Source of the DNA: Eledone cirrhosa | Lineage: Eukaryota | Reading direction: 5' to 3' | Assembly (NCBI GenBank): GCA_964016885.1 | Contig: OZ024740.1 | Coordinates: 409,634,001 to 409,698,000 of the forward strand | Length of the DNA stretch: 64,000 bases | Shown: piece by piece, positions 53,498-64,000 of the stretch | Position numbering within the stretch: position 1 is the first letter of the stretch | How the letters are laid out: every line of letters begins with the position of its first letter | Notes under the pieces: model-generated | Told to the model about the DNA's origin: nothing | What the model saw: only the letters and a program-made list of their open reading frames with translations | Database searches by the model: none | Position numbers and translations under genes: made by a program

Positions 53498-54180
53498 TTT
53501 TTAGTGATATGTCTTTTTTTTAAATGAAAACTCTTAAGAAAACGATTTACAAGAATTAGGTATTTGTATGAAAAAAAGTGTGGAACTTTCTAACGTACCT
53601 AGCGATGTGTTACTACTGATATAAATATCGGTTATTTGTTGATAATTTTCAAAAAACAAAAATAATAAAACATTCAGCCAATCAGGTATATGTGTAACAG
53701 ACATTTGAAAGTTAAACTTCCTGGTTAGTAATAGGAAAATTCAGGGTGTGTTATAGTTGCAGTAACTTCTGGTGTATTTTATTTAAGTGTCACTGAGTGT
53801 GTGACTGTAAGGATGCTCTGTGTGTGTATGTGTGTGTGGGGGGGGGGGGGAGGTGCAAGTAGAACTTGTATATAATTATGTGTATTTGACATCCACAATG
53901 AATCGTTTCATTAAGATTGTAAGAGAGATTTTCAACAAAGCTGTCACTCCATTTACATCACACACATACAAACCTACACACACACTCCATTTACATCACA
54001 CACATACACACATACACACACATTTTACATCGCATACACACACACATACAACACACACAGTCACACACTCCATTTCAAAATAGCTCAATCAGACATAAAC
54101 AATAATATATGTACATAGAATATAATTATTCATTCAATACAATTGCTGATGGCTCCGTGGTTCTAGGGGCTAAAATCTTA

Positions 54181-57100
54181 TCTATACTATACTATACCAT
54201 ACTATACTAAACTATACTATACTATACTATGCTATACTATACTATACTATACTATACTATACTATACTATACTATACTATACTATACTATACTATACTAT
54301 ACTATACTATACTATACTATACTATACTATACTATATTATACTATACTATACAATACTATACTATACTATACTATACTATACCATACTATACTAAACTAT
54401 ACTATACTATACTATACTATACTATACTATACCAAACTATACTAAACTATACTATACTATACTATGCTATACTATACTATACTATACTATACTATACTAT
54501 ACTATATTATACTATACTATACTATACTATACAATACTATACTATACTATACTATACTATATTATACTATACTATACGATACTAAACTATAGTAAAACTA
54601 TACTAAACTATACTATGTCATACTATACTAAACTATACTATACTATACTATACTATACAATACTAAACTAAACTATACTATACTATACTATAATAAATTA
54701 TACTATACTATACTATACTATACTATACTGTACTAAACTAAACGAAACAATACTATACTATACTATACTATGCTATACTATACTATACTATAGTATACTA
54801 TACTATAATATACTATACTAAACTATACTATACTACAGTAAACTAAACTTTACTATACTATACTAGACTAAACTATACTATACTATACTAAATTATAATA
54901 TACTATACGATACTATACAAGACTAAACTATACTATACTATACTATACTATACTATACTATACTATACTATACTATACTATAATATAGTAAACTAAACTA
55001 TACTACACTATATTATATTATTCTATACCATACTATACTATACTATACAATAATATACTATACTATACCATACTATACTAAACTAAACTATACTATACTA
55101 TACTATACTAAACTATAATATACTATACTATACTATACCATAATATACTATTTTATAATGTACTATACTATACCATACTGTACTGAACTAAACTATACTA
55201 TACTATACTAAACTATAATATACTATACAATGCTATACCATACTGTACTAAACTATCTTATACTATACTATACTATAATATACTATACTATACCATACTT
55301 TACTAAACTAAACTATACTATACTATACTATACTAAACTATAATATACTATACTATACTATACTATAATAAACTATACTATACTATATTAAACTAAACTA
55401 TAATATACTAAACTAAACTAAAGTATACTATACTATATTATACTAAACTAAACTATACTATACTAAACTAAAGTATACTATAAATTACTATACTATACTA
55501 TACTATACTAGACTAGACTAGACTAGACTAGACTAGACTAGACTAGACTAGACTAGACTAGACTAGACTAGACTAGACTAGACTAGACTAGACTAGACTA
55601 GACTAAACTATACTATACTTACTATACTATACTACGCTATACTAAACTATACTATACTATACTATTCTATACTATACTATACTATACTATACTATACTAT
55701 ACTATACTGAACTAAACTAAACTATACTAAATCATACTATACTAAACTAAACTAATCTATACTATACTATGCTATAATATACGATACAAAACTCTACTAT
55801 ACTAAACTATACTATACGATACTAAACTATATTATACGATACTATAAACTATACTATACTATACTCTACAAAACTATATTATAGTAAACTATACTTTACT
55901 ATACTATACTATACTATACTATACTATACTATACTATACTATACTATACTATACTATACTATACTAAACTATACTATGCCATACTAAATTAAACTATACA
56001 ATGCTATACTAAACTATACAATGCTATTCTATACTAAACTAAACTATACAATACTAAACTATACTATACTAAACTATACTATATAAAACTATACTATACT
56101 AAACTAAACTAAACTATACTATACTAAACTAAACTATAGTATACTGTACAATACTATACTATACTCTACAAAACTATACTATACCAGACTATACTATAAG
56201 ATACCATACCATACTATACTCTACAAAACTATACTTTACCATACTATACTGTCAAATACCATACTATACTATAGTATATAATGCTATACCATACTATACC
56301 ATTCTATATATACCGTACTATACTCTACAAGACTATACTATACTATACTCTAATATACTATACTACACTATACTATACTATACTAAACTATACTATACTA
56401 TATTATACTATACTATACTAAACTATACTATACTATAGAATACTATACTAAACTAAACTATACCATACTATACTAATCTAAACTCTACTATACTAAACTA
56501 AACTATACTATACTGTACTATACCATACTATACTTTACTATACCATACTATACTAAAATATACTACACTATACTAAACTAAACTATACTATACTATATAA
56601 TAGTAAACTACATTATACTATACTATAACAAACTAAACTTTAATATACTATACTATAGTAAACTATACTAAACTATACTACACTATACAATACTATACTA
56701 GAATAAACTATACTATAATATATTATACTATACTATACTATACAAAACTAAATTATACTATACTAAACTAAATTAAACTAAACTATACTATACTAAACTA
56801 AACTATACTATAAAATACTATACTAAACTATAATATACTATACTACACTATACTATACTAAATTATACTATACTATACAATACCATACTATATTAAACTA
56901 TATTACACCATACTATACTATACAAACTATACTATACTGTACTGAACTATACTATACGATATATACTATACTATACTATACTAAATTAAACTAAACTATA
57001 CTAAATTATACTATACTATATTGTACTAAATTATACTATACGATATTATACTATACTATACCATACTATACTATACCTTACTATACTATACCATACTATA

Positions 57101-60100
57101 CTCTACATAACTATACTATACCATACTATACTATACTATACCATACTATAATATACTATACCTTACCTTACTATACTCTACAAAACTATACTGTATCATA
57201 CTATACTATACATACTATACTATACTATAGTAAACTATGCTATACTAAACTATACCATACTATACTACACCATACTCTACAAAAATATGCTATACTATAC
57301 GATACTATACGATACTATACTAAACTATACTATAATATAAAAATACTAAACTATACTATACTATACTAAAATGAACTAAACTATACCATACTACACTATA
57401 CTATACTAAATTATATTATACTATACTATATTGTACTAAACTATAATATACTATATTATACTATAATATACTAAACTATACAATACTATACAATACTATA
57501 CTATACTAAACTATAATATACAGTACTATACTATACCATACTAATCTATACTATACCATCATATAATATAATATATTAAACCATATTATACTATACTATA
57601 CTAAACTATACTATACTATACTATACTATACTATACTATACTATACTATACTATACTATACTATACTATACTATACCATACAATACTATATAAACTATAC
57701 TATTCTATAGAATACAACACTAAACTAAACTATACCATAATATACTAAACTAAACTATACTATACAATACTATAAACTATACTATACTATAGTCTACAAA
57801 ACTATATTATACTAAACTATACTATACTATACTATACTATACTAAACTAAACTATACTGTGCTATACTATAATATACTATACTATACCATACTATAATAA
57901 ACTAAACCATACTATACTATACTCTACTAAACTATAATATACTATACTATACTATACTATACTATACTATACTATACTATACTATACTGTACTATAGTAT
58001 ACTAAACTAAACTATACTATACTAAACTAAACTAAAGTATACTATACTATATTATACTAAACTAATCTATACTATACTAAACTATAGTATACTATTAAAT
58101 ACTATACTATACTAAACTATACTAGACTAGACTAGACTAAACTATACTATACTATACTATACTATACTATACTATACTATACTATACTAAACTATACTAT
58201 ACTATACTATTCTATACTACACTATACTATACTATACTATACTATATTATACTATACTATACTATACTATATTATACTAAACTAAACTAAACTATACTAA
58301 ATTATACTATACTAAACTAAGCTAAACTATACTGTACTATATTATACTATACTATACTATACTATACTATACTATACTATACTATACTATACTATACTAT
58401 ACTATACTATACTAAACTATACTATACTACAGTAAACTAAACTTTACTATACTATACTAGACTAAACTATACTATACTATACTATACTATACTAAACTAT
58501 AATATACTATACTATACTATACAAGACAAAACTATACTATACTATACTATACTGTACTGTACTATACTATACTATACTATACTATACTATACTATAGTAA
58601 ACTAAACTATACTACACTATATTATATTATACTATACCATACTATACAATACTATACAATAATATACTATACTATACCATACTATACTAAACTAAACTAT
58701 ACTATACTATACTATACTAAACTATAATATACTATACTATACTATACTATACCATAATATACTATATTATAATGTACTATACTATACCATACTGTACTGA
58801 ACTAAACTATACTATACTATACTAAACTATAATATACTATACTATACTATACCATACTATAATAAACTAAACTATACTATACTATACTATACTAAGCTAT
58901 AATATACTATACTATACTATAATAAACTATACTATACTATATTAAACTAAACTATAATATATTAAACTAAACTAAAGTATACTATACTATATTATACTAA
59001 ACTAAACTATACTATACTAAACTAAAGTATACTATAAATTGCTATACTATACTATACTATACTATACTATACTAGACTAGACTAAACTAGACTAGACTAG
59101 ACTAGACTAGACTAGACTAGACTAGACTAGACTATACTATACTATACTATACTATACTATACTATACTATACTACACTATACTAAACTATACTATACTAT
59201 ACTATTCTATACTATACTATACTATACTACACTATACTATACTATACTATACTATACTATACTATACTATACTATACTATACTATACTATACTATACTAT
59301 ACTATATTATGCTATACTAAACTATACTATACTATATTATACTAAACTAAACTAAACTATACTAAATCATACTATACTAAACTAAACTAAACTATACTAT
59401 ACTATACTATAAACTATACTATAATATACGATACAAAACTCTACTATACTAAACTATACTATAAGATACTAAACTATATTATACAATACTATAAACTATA
59501 CTATACTATACTCTACAAAACTATATTATACTAAACTATACTTTACTATACTATGCTATACTATACTATACTATACTATACTATACTATACTATACTATA
59601 CTATACTAAACTATACTATGCCATACTAAATTAAACTATACAATGCTATACTAAACTATACGATGCTATTCTATACTAAACTAAACTAAACTATACAATA
59701 CTAAACTATACTATACTAAACTATACTATATAAAACTATACTATACTAAACTAAACTAAAATATACTATACTATACTAAACTAAACTATAGTATACTGTA
59801 CAATACTATACTATACTCTACTCTACAAAACTATACTATACCAGACTATAATATAATATACCATACCATACTATACTCTACAAAACTATACTTTACCATA
59901 CTTGCTGTATTATACCATACTATACTATAGTATATAATGCTATACCATACTATACCATTCTATATATACCGTACTATACTCTACAAAACTATACTATACT
60001 ATATTCTAATATACTATACTACGCTATACTATACTATACTAAACTATACTATACTATACTATATTATACTATACTATACTAAACTATACTATACTATAGA

Positions 60101-63100
60101 ATACTATACTATACTGTACTATACCATACTATACTTTAATATACCATACTATACTAAAATATACTACACTATACTAAACTAAATTATACTATGATATACA
60201 ATACGATACTATACTAAACTGAAATATACTATACTATATTATACTAAACTAAACTATACTATACTATATAATAGTAAACTACATTATACTATACTATACC
60301 AAACTATAATATACTATACTATAGTAAACTATACTAAACTATACTACACTATACAATACTATACTAGAATAAACTATACTATACTATAATATATTATACT
60401 ATACTATAATATACAATACTATACAATACTATACTATACTAAACTAAACAAAACTATACTATACTAAACTAAACGATACTATACTATACAAAACTAAATT
60501 ATACTATACTAAACTAAATTAAACTAAACTATACTATACTAAACAAAACTAGACTATACTATAATATACTATACTAAACTATAATATACAATACTACACT
60601 ATACTATACTAAATTATACGATACTATACAATACCATACAATATTAAAATATACTACACCATACTATACTATACAAACTATGCTATACTGTACTGAACTA
60701 TACTATACGATATATACTATACTATACTAAATTAAACTAAACTATACTAAACTATACTATACTATACTATTCTATACTATACTATACTATACTATACTGT
60801 ACTATACTATACTATACTATACTATACTATACTATACTATACTATACTATACTATATTATGCTATACAAAACTATACTATATTATATTATACTAAACTAA
60901 ACTAAACTATACTAAATCATACTATACTAAACTAAACTAAACTATACTATACTATACTATAAACTATACTATAATATACGATACAAAACTCTACTATACT
61001 AAACTATACTATACGATACTAAACTATATTATACAATACTATAAACTATACTATACTATACTCTACAAAACTATATTATACTAAACTATACTTTACTATA
61101 CTATACTATACTATACTATACTATACTATACTATACTATACTATACTATACTATATTATACTATACTATACTATACTAAACTATACTATGCCATACTAAA
61201 TTAAACTATACAATGCTATACTAAACTATACAATGCTATTCTATACTAAACTAAACTAAACTATACAATACTAAACTATACTATACTAAACTATACTATA
61301 TAAAACTATACTATACTAAACTAAACTAAAATATACTATACTATACTAAACTAAACTATAGTATACTGTACAATACTATACTATACTCTACTCTACAAAA
61401 CTATACTATACCAGACTATACTCTAATATACCATACCATACTATACTCAACAAAACTATACTTTACCATATTATACTGTATTATACCATACTATACTATA
61501 GTATATAATGCTATACCATACTATACCATTCTATATATACCGTACTATACTCTACAAAACTATACTATACTATACTCTAATATACTATACTACACTGTAG
61601 TATACTATACTAAACTATACCATACTATACTAATCTAAACTCTACTATACTATACTAAACTATACTATACTATACTATACTATATTATACTATACTATAC
61701 TAAACTATACTATACTATAGAATACTATTCTATACTGTTCTATACCATACTATACTTTACTATACCATAATATACTAAAATATACTACACTATACTAAAC
61801 TAAACTATACTATGATATACAATACTATACTATACTAAACTGAAATATACTATACTATACTATACTATACTAAACTAAACTATACTATACTATAAAATAG
61901 TAAACTACATTATACTATACTATACCAAACTATAATATACTATACTATACTATACTATAGTAAACTATACTAAACTATACTACACTATACAATACTATAC
62001 TAGAATAAACTATACTATACTATAATATATTATACTATACTATACTATACTATACTAAACAAAACTATACTATACTAAACTAAACGATACTATACTATAC
62101 AAAACTAAATTATACTATACTAAACTAAATTAAACTAAACTATACTATACTAAACAAAACTAAACTATACTATAATATACTATACTAAACTATAATATAC
62201 AATACTACACTATACTATACTAAATTATACTATACTATACAATACCATACAATATTAAAATATACTACACCATACTATACTATACAAACTATACTATACT
62301 GTACTGAACTATACTATACGATATATACTATACTATACTAAATTAAACTAAACTATACTAAACTATACTATACTATACTATTCTATACTATACTATACTA
62401 TACTATACTATACTATACTATACTATACTATACTATACTATACTATACTATACTATACTATACTAAACTATACTAAACTATATTATACTAAACTAAACTA
62501 AACTATACTGAATCATACTATACTAAACTAAACTAAACTATACTATACTATACTATAAACTATACTATAATATACGATACAAAACTCTACTATACTAAAC
62601 TATACTATGCGATACTAAACTATATTATACAATACTATAAACTATACTATACTATACTCTACAAAACTATATTATACTAAACTATACTTTACTATACTAT
62701 ACTATGCTATACTATAATATACTATACTATACTATACTATACTATACTATACTATACTATACTATACTATACTATACTATACTATACTGTACTATACTAT
62801 ACTAAACTATACTATGCCATACTAAATTAAACTATACGATGCTATACTAAACTATACAATGCTATTCTATACTAAACTAAACTAAACTATACAATACTAA
62901 ACTATACTATACTAAACTATACTATATAAAACTATACTATACTAAACTAAACTAAAATATACTATACTATACTAAACTAAACTATAGTATACTCTACAAT
63001 ACTATACTATACTCTACTCTACAAAACTATACTATACCAGACTATACTATAATATACAACACCATACTATATTCTACAAAACAATACTTTACCATACTAT

Positions 63101-64000
63101 ACTGTATTATACCATACTATACTATACTATATAATGCTATACCATACTATACCATTCTATATATACCGTACTATACACTACAAAACTATACTATACCAAA
63201 CTATAATATACTATACTATACTATAGTAAACTATACTAAACTATACTACACTATACAATACTATACTAGAATAAACTATACTATACTATAATATATTATA
63301 CTATACTATACTATACAATACTATACAATACTATACTATACTATACTAAACAAAACTATACTATACTAAACTAAACGATACTATACTATACAAAACTAAA
63401 TTATACTATACTAAACTAAATTAAACTAAACTATACTATACTAAACTAAACTAAACTATACTATAATATACTATACTAAACTATAATATACTATACTACA
63501 CTATACTATAGTAAATTATACTATACTATACAATACCATACAATATTAAAATATACTACACCATACTATACTATACAAACTATACTATACTATACGATAT
63601 ATACTATACTATTCTAAATTCAACTAAACTATACTAAACTATACTATACTAATTTAAACTAATCTTTACTATACAATAAAATACTATAATATTCTACACT
63701 ATATTATACTAAATTATACTATACTATATGGTACTAAATTATACTATACGATATTATACTATACTATACCATACTATACTATACCTTACTATACTATACT
63801 ATACCATACTATAATATACTATACCTTACCTTACTATACTCTAAAAATTATACTATACCATACTATACTATACCATACTATACTATACTATAGTAAACTA
63901 TGGTATACTAAACTATACCATACTATACTACACCATACTCTACAAAAATATGCTATACTATACAATACTAAACTATACTATACTATACTATAATAAACTA
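54181..64000. repeat. (TACTA)n pentanucleotide satellite with higher-order repeats, running off the window
   Basis: Variants AACTA, GACTA and TACCA. Rare marker strings recur at ~3.65-kb and ~1.6-kb spacing. Confidence 0.97.

Noticed and set aside
53618-53628. TATA box for the EF-hand gene
   Set aside because: TATAAATA reads on +, opposite to the gene, and is uninformative in AT-rich DNA.
54181-64000. CRISPR array or telomere interpretation of the long repeat
   Set aside because: There is no repeat-spacer structure or cas gene, and the unit is TACTA, not TTAGGG.

Overview
This is AT-rich, microsatellite-saturated animal genomic DNA. The SINE sequences suggest an octopod cephalopod, but this is an inference. 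Almost all entries in the ORF track are simple-repeat artefacts. Real content, left to right: (1) 3-15 kb, a (CATA)n microsatellite hub colonised by two R4/Dong-type restriction-like-endonuclease non-LTR families on + and five copies of a ~605-bp RTE-derived non-autonomous element on -. (2) 16.8-33.6 kb, a graveyard of Penelope-like element (PLE) fragments and non-coding mini-PLEs in (TA)n tracts, many with hammerhead ribozymes (HHR). (3) 34.3-38.6 kb, a decayed RTE LINE. (4) 38.7-52.8 kb, a very young 14-kb PLE insertion: intact 813-aa RT+GIY-YIG ORF, ~3-kb microsatellite-filled pseudo-LTRs, an HHR with an unusually long stem II, and a 5-kb inverted arm. (5) 53363-53497 (-), the first coding exon of a small host EF-hand gene that the ORF track missed. 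(6) 54.2 kb to the end, a (TACTA)n satellite with ~3.6-kb and ~1.6-kb higher-order repeats. tRNA-head SINEs are scattered throughout. All coordinates were read by eye and may be off by a few bases.
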